A DNA stretch of 64,000 bases from Octopus sinensis (lineage: Eukaryota), in assembly GCF_006345805.1 (NCBI RefSeq), contig NC_043012.1:35402001-35466000 (forward strand), in the 5' to 3' direction. Both the position numbers and the translations under genes were made by a program. Below the pieces are notes generated by a model that searched no databases, was not told the origin of the DNA, and worked only from the letters and a program-made list of their open reading frames with translations. Within the stretch, counting starts at the first letter, position 1. Each line of letters opens with the position of its first letter. Shown here one piece after another: positions 11,691 to 25,262 of this stretch.

Positions 11691-12260
11691 CACACATGCA
11701 CACATGGTCACACACATATGCACACACACACACACATACGCAAAGAGAGTAAACAGTGATTAACAAAATGTAAACATATCTGAATGTGGGTGATGTGGGT
11801 GATGGTCTATGAAGGTGGGTGAATATAAGGAGGTTTGGGTAAGATGTTATAATAGTATGTAAGTGGGTATGTAGGGGGTAGGATGGGTGGGAGTGAACCA
11901 AAACAGGATATACCCTGTTCATTTTACACAATTATCTAATTTAGTAATGACACTTAGTGAGAGATAGACAAACAGGTATGTGTGTGTGTGTGTGTGTGAG
12001 TGTGTGTGTATATATATATATCTATATATATATATATAAAACTGAGAATGTGTGTCTGTCTATCTGCCTGCCTGTCTGTCTGTCTGTGTTTCCCTAAAAC
12101 TTGAGAACTACACAACCAATTTCATTCAATTTTACATATGCCTTACTTAGGGTCCAAGGAGTGTCACGGCAAAACTTTTTTTTAACTTCTTGCCTAGAGC
12201 GAGCCCATAGACTCATAGACAGGCAGGCAGGCAGATAGACGGAAAAATAGGTAAACAGAT

Positions 12261-12352
<92 letters not shown>

Positions 12353-12387
12353 TATATATATATATATATAGCATCATACATACATAC

Positions 12388-12507
<120 letters not shown>

Positions 12508-12540
12508 CGTACGTATGTATGTATGTAGTGTATATATATA

Positions 12541-12620
<80 letters not shown>

Positions 12621-13289
12621 AAGAGAGAGAGAAGAGAAGTGATAGATCCAATGTAAGACAATACTTCCATTGACAATTTACTGATAGCACATTAACTCTA
12701 ATCAGCAGCACTTAATTAATTGTCATGTTGTTGTTTGTGTGATGGTGGAGGTGGTGGAGGTGGTGGTGGCGGCAGCGGCAGAGGGGTGGTTGGGGTGGGG
12801 GTGGGGGTGTATCCGGTGTCCAATGTCTGTGTAACCAGCCATTAAATGTCTTCTCCCCCTCCCCCCCGCACACAGTGCTACCAGTCATTATCACCACCCC
12901 ACACACACACACACGTATATATATATATATATGTACACACACATATATATGTGCACATATATATGTGCATATATATATATATCTATATACACATATATAT
13001 ATATGTATATATACATATAGATATATCTATGTATATATATATATGTGGTGTATATATACATATATTATATACATATATACACACACACATATATATATAC
13101 ACACATATATTATACATATATACATAGATATATCTATATGTATATATACATATATATATGTTTATGTAATATATATATATATATATCTATATATATATAT
13201 ATCTATATATATTCACTGTATACATATATATGTAGATATATGAATGTATGCGTTTCTCTGCCCCACCCCCGCGATGCCTCCACTCTCTG

Positions 13290-13327
<38 letters not shown>

Positions 13328-13369
13328 CACATATGCACACAAACATGCAAGCAATTATGACCACTGCTA

Positions 13370-14085
13370 CTATGACCACCACCAACACCACCAGTAACAC
13401 CCCGACTACAACCAATACTACCACCACCACCACTACCACCACCACCACCACTACCACCACCACCACCACCACCACCACCACCACCACTACCACCACTACC
13501 ACGACCACCACCACCACCACCACACTACCACCACCACCACCACTACCACCACTACCACCACCACCACCACTACCACCACCACCACCACTACCACCACTAC
13601 CACCACCACTACCACCACTATACTCCTGGAATATTTCCATGAGACGCACCCTTCCACATACACTCTACACACAGTCTCCACTAATTCATTCATTAACTAT
13701 TATTTAATGTGTAGAGGAGGAAAAGGAGGAAGCGGTGGTGGTGGTGGTGGTGGTGGTGGTGGTGGCGGCGGCGGCGGCGGTGGTGGTGGTGTTGGTGGTG
13801 GTGGTGGTGGTGGTGGCGGTGGCGGTGGTGGTGGCGGCGGCGGCGGCGGTGGTGGTGGTGTTGGTGGTGCTGGTGGTGGTGGTGGTGGTGGTGGTGGTGG
13901 CGGCGGTGGTGGTGGTGGTGTATTGGTGGTGGTGGTATTGGTGGTATTGGTGGTGGTGGTGGTGGTGGTGGTGGTGGTGGTATTGGTGGTGGTGGTATTG
14001 GTGGTATTGGTGGTGGTGGTGGTGGTGGTGGTGGTGGTGGTGGTATTGGTGGTATTGGTGGTTGTGGTGGTGGTGGTGGTGGTGG
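13370..14085. repeat. (ACC/ACT)n array followed by an inverted (GGT/GGC/TAT)n array
   Basis: ACC-rich 13370-13620 and GGT-rich 13735-14085. Confidence 0.95.
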
Positions 14086-14319
14086 TTTTTTAACAGTGTT
14101 GTTGGAAGAATGGCAATTTCTCACTTGGAACACAAAAACCTGAATAGACTTTTGGTGTCGGACAAAAGTGAAAGTTGATTTTTTGCTGATTTTTTGCTGA
14201 TTTTCAACTCAGAAAGTGGCAGAACAGAAATAAGAACTGGTATTTAAACCTGGTAGACCTCCATTGTTTTCTACACATAACTCCACACCCCACTCCATCA
14301 CCATAACGCCATACGGTCC

Positions 14320-14461
14320 AGGGTTCAGTCCCACTGTGTGGCACCTTGGGCAAGTGTCTTCTACTATAGCCTCGGGCTGACCAAAGCCCTGTGAGTGGAT
14401 TTGATATGAGGAAACTAAAAGGAGCCTGTCATATATATGTGTATATATATATATACAAGTG

Positions 14462-14509
<48 letters not shown>

Positions 14510-14725
14510 CATGTTTGTGTTTGTCCCCCCCACCACCACTTAACAACCAGTGTTGGTGTGTTACGTCCCAGTAACTTAGCAGTTCAGCAAAAGATACTGA
14601 TAGAATAAGTACCAGGGTTTAGAAAAATAAGTACCAGTGGGTCAATTCGTTTGACTAAAATTGCTCAAGGCAATGCCCCAGCCTGGCCACAGTCTAATGA
14701 CTGAAACAAATAAAAAAATAAAAGA
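14320..14725 (+). mobile_element. tRNA-derived SINE family B with an internal (TG)n
   Basis: gggttcagtcccact..gcaccttgggcaagtgtcttctactatagcc head; ..gcagttcagcaaaaga..tgactgaaacaa tail. Confidence 0.8.
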
Positions 14726-15344
14726 TGTTAAAATGGAAAAGTGACAAATTTTATGTTGTTCACAAATCCTTCCTGACTGGATTTTATTGTTGTTGTTGTT
14801 GTTGTTGTCATCGTCATCATTGCTGTTGTTGCTTATCCCAAAATCATCCCTGAAAGGACAAACATAGAATCAAATGATATTCCAACTATGACCATCCTGC
14901 CTTTTTTTTTCTTATATGCACTTAAACCCAGACACAATCCACCTTTACGACCCGAACCACCCACCCCACCCCGACACCTCGGGTACTTTGGGTACCTTTT
15001 GTAGAGTCAGTTCCAGTGCAAGCACCCAAGCCAGTTCTCTGGTTTGAGGGCACCTTTCTTGCTTCCCCCCTCTCAACCACCCCCACTTGTGACAAATAGG
15101 TTGTTTATCATAATATCGTCTTTTATTCTTTTACTTGTTTCAGTCATTGGGCTCTGGCCATTCTGGGGCATCACCTTGAAGTGTTTAGTCAAACAAATCG
15201 ATCCAAGGACTTTTTTTTAAAGTCTGGTACTTATTCTATTAGTCTATTTTGCCAAACTGCTAAGTTATGGGATTGTCAAATGGTATTGGGAACACATACA
15301 CACACACGCACGCACACACGCACACACACTTGTATATGCAGGTT

Positions 15345-15575
15345 CCTCTGGGCCAGACATGTCACAAGGTTCACAGACAACAGGTGGACTTGTGAAGCAG
15401 CTGAGTGCTGTCCAAGAAATTGGAAAATGCCACTCAGCTCAGAAGGCCTCCATGATAATTAGAAGACAATTCAATCAAGCAATTTGGATCAAGATGGTAA
15501 AGGAAGGTGTACTCAAGACAGAATTGGAAGTACATTGTGACCAGTGGTGTATAACAACATGTAATGGTCTGGTCG
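15345..15575 (+). mobile_element. Degenerate RTE-clade ORF C-terminal fragment
   Basis: RHVTRFTDNRWTCEAAECCPRNWK resembles the GHxxRxxDxRWtxxxxeWxPrxxKR motif of RTE elements. Confidence 0.55.
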
Positions 15576-16788
15576 ATATTGTGATACATACACACAATGG
15601 GATTCCACACAATTTCCATCTACCAAATTCCCTTACAAGATATGGGTCAGTTCAGGGCTATTATAGAAGACTCCTGCCCAAGGTACCATGCAGTGGGACT
15701 GATCTTAAAACCATGTGGTTAGGAGGCAAGCATCCTACCACACAGCCACATCTGAGCCTGTTAAAGTTTTTTTAAAAGTTAATATTTAAACAAAACACAA
15801 AATAAACTGTACAAGTGACTCTATTTCCCCTCATCTCCACCGCAAACACCTATTTTGTCCCCACTACTCATCACCCCACAGAGGATACCCCCACCCACCC
15901 TTACATATTTTACATAATGCATTGATGACTATTATTAAAGGCAGCAGACATTTAATGGTAATTAACCTTTGAGACTTATTTGTTTCCAATATGCTAATTT
16001 ATGCTAATTTATGTTAATTAGTCCAACCTATTCATGTTTTGATGCCATACATCTATTTGGTGCTTCTCTCATCATTGATTTGGCAACTTCTTTGTCTTTG
16101 GCTCATAAATTCCTGACACAATGCCATCATGACATGCAGCATGTCTCCAACAGTTTTTATTTTTTGTTTTTGTAAAATTAGTGATACTAATCTTTCTCCA
16201 GGTTTGACAAAAGCCAGTTTCTTCCAGAAAGATATCATCATCATCATCATCATCATCACCACCACCACCACCACCACCATAATCATCATCGTTGTCATCA
16301 TAATCATCGCTTTTATGTCCTCTGTTCCACGCCTGCATGCATCAAAGTTTATTGCAGTGGATTTTCTACAGATGGGTACCCTTCCTGTTGCCAACTTTCA
16401 CCTGTTTCCAAACCAGACACATTTTTGCAGAATATTGGGAATGAACCACTCTGCTTATATGACAGTGACGCTCATTTACGACTATCAGTGTGTCAAGACA
16501 AGAAGGCACAAACATACACTGGCTCATGCTCACACACATACATATACATTCAAAAATACATACACACATGATCATCATCATATAGTTTAGTTTCATTTTG
16601 AAAATTAATTATTTATTTTATAGTTTATTATTGTTCATATCTTGAATTACATATATATGTGGACACCATAATCTCATAAGCACTTAGGACCTCTATGGGC
16701 CTTAATCCATCCCTGTGTAACACGTATGTATTATATATGTAAGAATTTAATTACATGCATTGTGCTTTGCTATGTCTTGTTTCCCCAG

Positions 16789-16818
16789 GCCATGGAAAAA
16801 TTGTCATACATAAAACCA
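16789..16818 (+). CDS. Candidate 30-nt exon (AMEKLSYIKP in phase 0)
   Basis: Acceptor tgtcttgtttccccag and consensus donor GTAAGT 30 nt apart. Parent gene unknown. Confidence 0.3.
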
Positions 16819-16861
16819 GTAAGTTGTGTGAAAGATATTGGGGACTACTGATATAAAGGAC

Positions 16862-17393
16862 AGCTTTCAGATTGGGTCCCTCTCTTGATAGCTTTCAGAT
16901 TGGGTCCCCTTCTTGTCAGCTTTCAGATTGGGTCCCTCTCTTGATAGCTTTCAGATTGGATTCCTCCCTTCACAGCTTTCAGATTGGGTCCCCTTCTTGT
17001 CAGCTTTCAGATTGGGTCCCTCTCTTGATAGCTTTCAGATTGGGTTCCTCCCTTCACAGCTTTCAGATTGGGTCCCCTTCTTGTCAGCTTTCAGATTGGG
17101 TCCCTCTCTTGATAGCTTTCAGATTGGGTCCCTCTCTTGATAGCTTTCAGATTGGGTTCCTCCCTTCACAGCTTTCAGATTGGGTACCCTTCTTGTCAGC
17201 TTTCAGATTGGGTCCCTCTCTTGATAGCTTTCAGATTGGGTCCCTCTCTTGATAGCTTTCAGATTGGGTTCCTCCCTTCACAGCTTTCAGATTGGGTACC
17301 CTTCTTGTCAGCTTTCAGATTGGGTCCCTCTCTTAATAGCTTTCAGATTGGGTTCCTCCCTTCACAGCTTTCAGATTGGGTCTCTCTCTTGTC
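16862..17393. repeat. 28-bp minisatellite, 19 units in three variants
   Basis: Constant AGCTTTCAGATTGGG plus a 13-nt variant (TCCCTCTCTTGAT, TCCCCTTCTTGTC or TTCCTCCCTTCAC). Confidence 0.97.
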
Positions 17394-17444
17394 AGCTTTA
17401 AAGTTTCCTCAAAGCCTTGTAAGTCGAGGTTTTATGTATGTGCA

Positions 17445-17486
<42 letters not shown>

Positions 17487-17511
17487 ATGTGCGCGCATGT
17501 GTGTACATATG

Positions 17512-17795
17512 TGAGGGCACATTGCTTAGTGGCTAGAGTGTGCAGCTAGTGATCAGAAAGTCATGAGTTCAATTCCCAACAGCAGCACTTTATTTCTCAT
17601 TGTTCCAGTCCACTCAGCTGGCAAAAGGGAGTCATACCTGTAGTTCAAAGTACTGGCCTCATCACACTGTGTGTTACACTGAACCTCCCTAAGAACTAAA
17701 TTCAAGGTACATGTGTTTGTGGGGCACTCAGCCACTTGTGCATTAATTCCACGAGCTGGCTGTTCCATCGATCAGATCAACTGGAACCCTCGTTG
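17512..17795 (+). mobile_element. tRNA-derived SINE family D
   Basis: A/B-box-like head (tagtggctagagtg, gagttcaattccc); homologous to the minus copy at 23114-24075. Confidence 0.7.
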
Positions 17796-17831
17796 TCATA
17801 ACCAATGTATGTATGTACGTATGTATGTATG

Positions 17832-17865
<34 letters not shown>

Positions 17866-18000
17866 TGTATGTATGAATGTACATGTGTGAGTGTGTGTAT
17901 GTATGTATGTATGTATGTATGTATGTATGTGTGTATGCATGTATGTATGTATGTACATGTGTGTGTATGTATGTATGTATGTATGTATGTATGTATGTAT

Positions 18001-18214
18001 AGGCGGCGAGCTGGCAGAAACGTTAGCATGCTTAGCGGTATTTTGTCTGCCGCTACATTCTGAGTTCAAATTCTGCCGAGGTCGACTTTGCCTTTCATCC
18101 TTTCGGGGTCGATAAATTAAGTACCAGTTCACTGGGGTCGATGTAATCGACTTAATCCGTTTGTCTGTCCTTGTTTGTCCCCTCTGTGTTTAGCCCCTTG
18201 TGGGTAGTAAAGAA

Positions 18215-18216
<2 letters not shown>
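18001..18216 (+). mobile_element. SINE family A inserted in a (TATG)n array
   Basis: Full head-core-tail copy. Confidence 0.9.
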
Positions 18217-18249
<33 letters not shown>

Positions 18250-18753
18250 TGTATGTATGTATGTATCTATGTACATGTGTATGTATGTATGTATGTATGT
18301 ATGTGTGTATGTATGTATGTATGTATGTGTGTATGCTTGTTTGTTTGCGTGAAGCAACATCACTGTTGTACTTATATAAGCAGTATGTAATATAGGTCTA
18401 TGACACTTGTGTATAATATTAGAGTAACCCTGTCCTAGATTCGTGAGCAACATTCTAGTGTGGGTGGAGGATGTTTATGTATGCAAAACCAGGACTGTCC
18501 CAGATATTTTAGCAGAAGTGTAATCTGAGTGTAACAGTAACCTTGTCCTCGACTTGTTAGTTGTACCGTTTTGTGGTCTATGATATTTGTGTATGTAACA
18601 GCAGCACTGTCTTAAATTTATGTGTGGTACTGTAATGTGTGCCTATAATATAGGGCCCTGGTTGAGTGCAACTGCATCACCTTCATAGATTTGTGAGCAG
18701 CAATGCAATCTGGGCCCCTTATGCTGGCATGTTTACTTAGCAGCATCACTAAT

Positions 18754-21030
18754 TCAGATTTATGAGCAGTATTGTAGCGTGGGTCTTACGATGTTGGTTA
18801 GTGTAACAGCCTTGACGTCCTAGATTTATGAGCAGTATTGTAACGTGGGTCTTACGATGTTGGTTAGTGTAACAGCCTTGACGTCCTAGATTTATGAGCA
18901 GTATTGTAATGTGGGTTTTACGATGTTGGTTTGTGTAACAGCCTTAATGTCCTAGATTTATGAGCAGTATTGTAATGTGGGTTTTACGATGTTGGTTTGT
19001 GTAACAGCCTTAATGTCCTAGATTTATGAGCAGTATTGTAATGTGGGTCTTACGATGTTGGTTTGTGTAACAGCCTTAATGTCCTAGATTTATGAGCAGT
19101 ATTGTAATGTGGGTTTTACGATGTTGGTTTGTGTAACAGCCTTAATGTCCTAGATTTATGAGCAGTATTGTAGCGTGGGTCTTACGATGTTGGTTTGTGT
19201 AACAGCCTTAATGTCCTAGATTTATGAGCAGTATTGTAATGTGGGTTTTACGATGTTGGTTTGTGTAACAGCCTTGACGTCCTAGATTTATGAGCAGTAT
19301 TGTAACGTGGGTCTTACGATGTTGGTTTGTGTAACAGCCTTGACGTCCTAGATTTATGAGCAGTATTGTAATGTGGGTTTTACGATGTTGGTTTGTGTAA
19401 CAGCCTTAATGTCCTAGATTTATGAGCAGTATTGTAATGTGGGTTTTACGATGTTGGTTTGTGTAACAGCCTTAATGTCCTAGATTTATGAGCAGTATTG
19501 TAATGTGGGTCTTACGATGTTGGTTTGTGTAACAGCCTTAATGTCCTAGATTTATGATCAGTATTGTAATGTGGGTTTTACGATGTTGGTTTGTGTAACA
19601 GCCTTAATGTCCTAGATTTATGAGCAGTATTGTAGCGTGGGTCTTACGATGTTGGTTTGTGTAACAGCCTTAATGTCCTAGATTTATGAGCAGTATTGTA
19701 ATGTGGGTTTTACGATGTTGGTTTGTGTAACAGCCTTGACGTCCTAGATTTATGAGCAGTATTGTAACGTGGGTCTTACGATGTTGGTTAGTGTAACAGC
19801 CTTGACGTCCTAGATTTATGAGCAGTATTGTAATGTGGGTTTTACGATGTTGGTTTGTGTAACAGCCTTGATGTCCTAGATTTATGAGCAGTATTGTAAC
19901 GTGGGTCTTACGATGTTGGTTTGTGTAACAGCCTTAACGTCCTAGATTTATGATCAGTATTGTAACGTGGGTCATACGATGTTGGTTTGTGTAACAGCCT
20001 TAACATCCTAGATTTATGATCAGTATTGTAACGTGGGTCTTACGATGTTGGTTTGTGTAACAGCCTTGACATCCTAGATTTATGAGCAGTATTGTAACGT
20101 GGGTCTTGCGATGTTGGTTTGTGTAACAGCCTTGAAGTCCTAGATTTATGATCAGTATTGTAACGTGGGTCTTACGATGTTGGTTTGTGTTACAGCCTTG
20201 ACGTCCTAGATTTATGAGCAGTATTGTAACGTGGGTCATACGATGTTGGTTTGTATAACAGCCTTGAAGTCCTAGATTTATGAGCAGTATTGTAACGTGG
20301 GTCTTACGATGTTGGTTTGTGTAACAGCCTTGACGTCCTAGATTTATGATCAGTATTGTAACGTGGGTCTTATGATGTTGGTTTGTGTAACAGCCTTGAT
20401 GTCCTAGATTTATGAGCAGTATTGTAACGTGGGTCTTACGATGTTGGTTTGTGTAACAGCCTTAATGTCCTAGATTTATGAGCAGTATTGTAACGTGGGT
20501 CTTACGATGTTGGTTTGAGTAACAGCCTTGACGTCTTAGATTTATGAGCAGTATTGTAACGTGGGTCTTACGATGTTGGTTAGTGTAACAGCCTTGATGT
20601 CCTAGATTTATGAGCAGTATTGTAACGTGGGCCTTACGATGTTGGTTTGTGTAACAGAATTGACGTCCTAGATTTATGATCAGTATTGTAATGTGGGTCT
20701 TACGATGTTGGTTTGTGTAACAGCCTTAACGTCCTAGATTTATGATCAGTATTGTAACGTGGGTCTTACGATGTTGGTTAGTGTAACAGCCTTGACGTCC
20801 TAGATTTATGAGTAGTATTGTAATGTGGGTTTTACGATGTTGGTTTGTGTAACAGCCTTGACGTCCTAGATTTATGATCAGTATTGTAACGTGGGTCTTA
20901 CGATGTTGGTTTGTGTAACAGCGTTGATGTCCTAGATTTATGAGCAGTATTGTAACGTGGGTCTTACGATGTTGGTTTGTGTAACAGCCTTAATGTCCTA
21001 GATTTATGAGCAGTATTGTAATGTGGGTCG
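18754..21030. repeat. 66-bp minisatellite, 34 full units plus a partial, with decayed copies on both flanks
   Basis: Unit CTAGATTTATGAGCAGTATTGTAAYGTGGGTYTTACGATGTTGGTTTGTGTAACAGCCTTRAYGTC; unit starts at 18754 and 20998 differ by exactly 34x66. Confidence 0.97.
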
Positions 21031-22183
21031 TATGATGGTGTGTAACAGCATCACTGTCCTAGCTATGTGAGCAAGCAATACACCAATGTGTGTCTTACGA
21101 TGTCTGAGTTTGTCTAAGCAGCTCTATTCCAGATTTGTGAGGTGTAGTGTAATATATATCTTTGGTGTTTATGTGTGTAACTGTATCAGTTTTGTAGGCA
21201 GATTTATAAGTAGGATTGTGATGTGGGTCTTATGTTGTGTATTTAATAACATCACTGTTCCACATTCATGGGGTGGAGTTCACTGTGGGTCTTATCATGT
21301 TTGTATATTATTTAAATCTCACAGTCTTAAGTTTATGAGTAGCCATCTATAATATGAGTACATGATGTGTGTATGTGTGTAAGAGTATCACTGCCCTAGA
21401 TTTGTGCACAACACTGAAATGTGGGCCTCTGATGTTTCTGTCACAGCAGCATTTTCCCAGATATTTTAGCAGTACTGTAATGTGGGTCAGAGATGTTTGT
21501 GTATGTAACAGCAGCAGTGTCTAATATGTGAGCAATACTGAAATGTGGCCTATGATTTTTTTGTGCATAAAAGCGTCTCACAGTCCTTCATATGTGAGCA
21601 GTTATTGTAATGCAATCTGAGATGCTTGTTCATGTCACAACATCACTGACCAAGATATCTGAACAATACTGTAACATGGATCAAGGATGTTTGTGTTTGT
21701 AACAGCAATACTGGACCAGATGTATTAACAATATTGTAATGTGGTGTATGATATTTCTATATAAAATGACAACAGTGTCCTAGATACACGAACAGTTTTG
21801 TAACATGGGCCTGGGATGGTTGTGTGTGTGTGTGTGTGTGTGTGTGTGCATAAAGGCAACCCTTTTGTCATGCATAAACTGAGATACTATCAGCAAAAAT
21901 TAGACAAGCCAATAAGATATATGAGTGTATGAAATTATGTAGAATCCATTTAATAAACACTTCTCCAGTTTTATTTGACTACTGTAACTTGAGTGACCTA
22001 TTCACACTGTATTTTCACAAGACTAAAAACATACATGCATACATAAACACATACATACATGCACATACATACATACATACATACATACATACATACACGC
22101 ATACATACATGCATACATACATACATATATATATATATACATATATATATACATATATATATACATATATATATATATAATAT

Positions 22184-22312
<129 letters not shown>

Positions 22313-22382
22313 CATACATATATATATATAATATATATACATACATATAATATATATATATATATACATACATATATATATA

Positions 22383-22460
<78 letters not shown>

Positions 22461-23113
22461 CATAGTAAGCATTGTATATGTTGCCCTATACTTATTTATG
22501 CAAAAACTATGCCTTGTCATTTCTTTTGTTAATAAGTCAATAATACCATGTTAGGCTATAAGTAGAAGGTTAGAGGTTTCAAACCCAGTCATTAGCATTG
22601 TTATGCACCCATCCTTGGTCAGGATACTCAATTCTTTCTGGTTCAAGCCCACCTCCAGCCATAAATCTGATTAAAATCTCTCAAGAGCAACCATCAGAGT
22701 TGGTGTTTCCTTTGGTGATGCATGAGATCCTATATTATTTAAAGACTGAGATAGAAATGGGAATGAGTGGTGTTCATGCCTTTCTCAAAGACACTTGTGA
22801 TGTAAATGATGTAGACTGAGGCTGAACCCAAAACTGCTACCTCTGCTTGCTTAGTAAATAACCAAGAACTCTGTGGTACTCACCATCAGCCATCATTCCT
22901 TGTCTAAATACAAAATATTCCTAATTTCAGGGTTGGGTAAATGGGAAGTTGTGGCATGCATGCCTTTCCAAATAGGAACTAAAATTGTGTCATGATCTTG
23001 AATTACTGAAAGCCAGCTTGTAAATTACCCTCCGAATCTAATCAGTTACTACTGGTATTGGTTATAAAATCACAGCTCCCTCATTGGTTATAAAATCCCC
23101 CTGGCCCTCTGTC

Positions 23114-24075
23114 GCTTATGACAACAAGGGTTCCAGTTGATTTGATCATTGGAACAGCTTATGCAAGTGGCTGAGTGCTCCACAGACACATGTACCTATT
23201 TATTTGCTACCCACAAGAGGCTAAACACAGAGAGGACAAACAAGGACAGACAAACGGACTAAGTCTATTACATCGACCCCAGTTCGTAACTGGTACTTAT
23301 TTTATCGACCCCGAAAGGATGAAAGGCGAAGTCGACCTCGGCAGAATTTGAACTCAGAACGTAGTGGCAGACGAAATACCTATTCCTTTACTACCCACAA
23401 GGGGCTAAACACAGAGAGGACAAACAAGGACAGACAAAGGGATTAAGTTGATTATATTGACCCCAGTATATTAAGGCGGCGAGCTGGCAGAAACGTTAGC
23501 ACGCCAGGCAAAATGCTTAGTGGTATTTCGTCTGCCGTTATGTTCTGAGTTCAAATTCCGCCAAGGTCGACTTTGCCTTTCATCCTTTCGGGGTCGATTA
23601 AATAAGTACCAGTTACGCACTGGGGTCGATGTAATCGACTTAATACCTATGTCTGTCCTTGTTTGTTCTCTCTATGTTTAGCCCCTTGTGGGCAGTAAAG
23701 AAATATATATTGACTCCAGTACGTAACTGGTACTTAATTTATCAATCCTAAAAGGATGAAAGGCAAAGTCGACCTTAGCGGAATTTGAACTCAGAACGTA
23801 GTGGTAGACGAAATATGGCTACGCATTTCACCCGGCGTGCTAACGTTTCTGCCAGCTCGCCCACAGACACATGTACCCTTAGCATAGTTCTCAGGGAGAT
23901 TCAGAGTGACACAGAATGTGACAAGACTGGCCCTTTTGAATTACAGGTACATTTTTGCCAGCTGAGTGGACTATAGGAATGTGAAATAAAGTGTCTTGCT
24001 CAAGGACACAACATGTCACCTGGGATTTGAACTCACAACCTGAATGCCCTAACCACTAAGCCAAGCACTTTCACA
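23114..24075 (-). mobile_element. Three-level nested SINE cluster (family D host, family A 1.5-mer, opposite-strand family A)
   Basis: TSD ccacagacacatgtacc at 23180-23196 and 23861-23877; TSD tatattgac(c/t)ccagta at 23453-23468 and 23706-23721. Confidence 0.88.
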
Positions 24076-24974
24076 ATGCTAAAACAACAGATCCCTCATT
24101 CTCATTTGTGATAATGGAATGACCTGAACTGATGAGGGAATCTTTATGTGGTTGCTTCACCTGCTGGAAATAGAGAGCAAATCTCCTTCACATTACACTC
24201 AATGCCCTTAATTAAGTGAAAGACGTTAGATAATGTTAGGTGGGTTATCTCTTCAAAAATGGAAATTGTCATGGCCAGAATGTGTTCGATCATAATAAGT
24301 CTGCAGGATCAAGGCTGACCAAGGGTTAAACAATAACAACCACTTGGATTAGGGGTTTGGGTCTTATAGCTTGGTGACAGTGGGGAAGGGCAAAACCAGT
24401 TATCATTTTCACGACTGCCAAGACCTCTATAAAGAAATTAAGGAAGATCTTGATGCCCTCAATGTAGAGAATATCAGACCAACACTGGGTTGCTTTCAAA
24501 CAAAAACTGAACTGATTCCACCCACCACAGTCAGTGAAGGATGGTGGACTTAAGGCATCTGCCCCCGGTTTAACAAGATCACTTGGTCCTTGGGTACTGG
24601 ATTAAATCTATTACCCAAATTAAGTCTTTCACTTCCGGTAATAAGCTTAATTGGAAAGGTAAGAATATTTCCCCAGGCTAGAAATTGGGGACATTTAGGG
24701 GTTTAGACCAGGAGAAATTACCACATGATGGGCAAAGGAGAGAGTACTGTAGAGTACTCTGTACTAAGTACTTTGCAAGCCCAGCAAGCAGGGCTTGTTT
24801 CTGCTTCCTTCACCTCTCAGCATTTAATCTGGCCATGCCTGGCCCAAATATTCTACCTGTTTTATGTTCAAACTGATCAGATCCTGCCTCTTACACCTAT
24901 CCTACAATGTCATTCTAAAGATTTACAATCACATCATCAAAATCTCAAAGCTACAAAATAAAAACAATTTGAAG

Positions 24975-25262
24975 ACAAGGAGGAGGAGCAGTAAGAGGAG
25001 GAGGAGGAAGAAGAAGTGCAGGAAGAGGAGGTGGAAGAGCAGGAAGTGGAGGAGGGGGAAGAGCAGGAAGTGGAGGAGCAGGAAGAAGAGGAACAGGAAG
25101 TAAAAGAAAAGAAGAAGAAGGGGAGGAGGAAGGGGAAGATGAGAAAGAAGAAGAGGAGGAGGAAGAGGAAGATGAGGAAGTAGAAGAAGAAGAAGAGGAG
25201 GCGGAAGAGGAGGAAGAAGAACAAAAAGAAGGAGAAGAAGAAGAAGAGGAGGAGGAGGAGGG
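24975..25262. repeat. Polypurine (GAA/GAG)n tract
   Basis: About 290 bp, almost entirely purines on the + strand. Confidence 0.9.

Noticed and set aside
16862-17393. CRISPR-like repeat-spacer array
   Set aside because: The 13-nt spacers are reused and mutually similar, there are no cas genes, and the context is eukaryotic.
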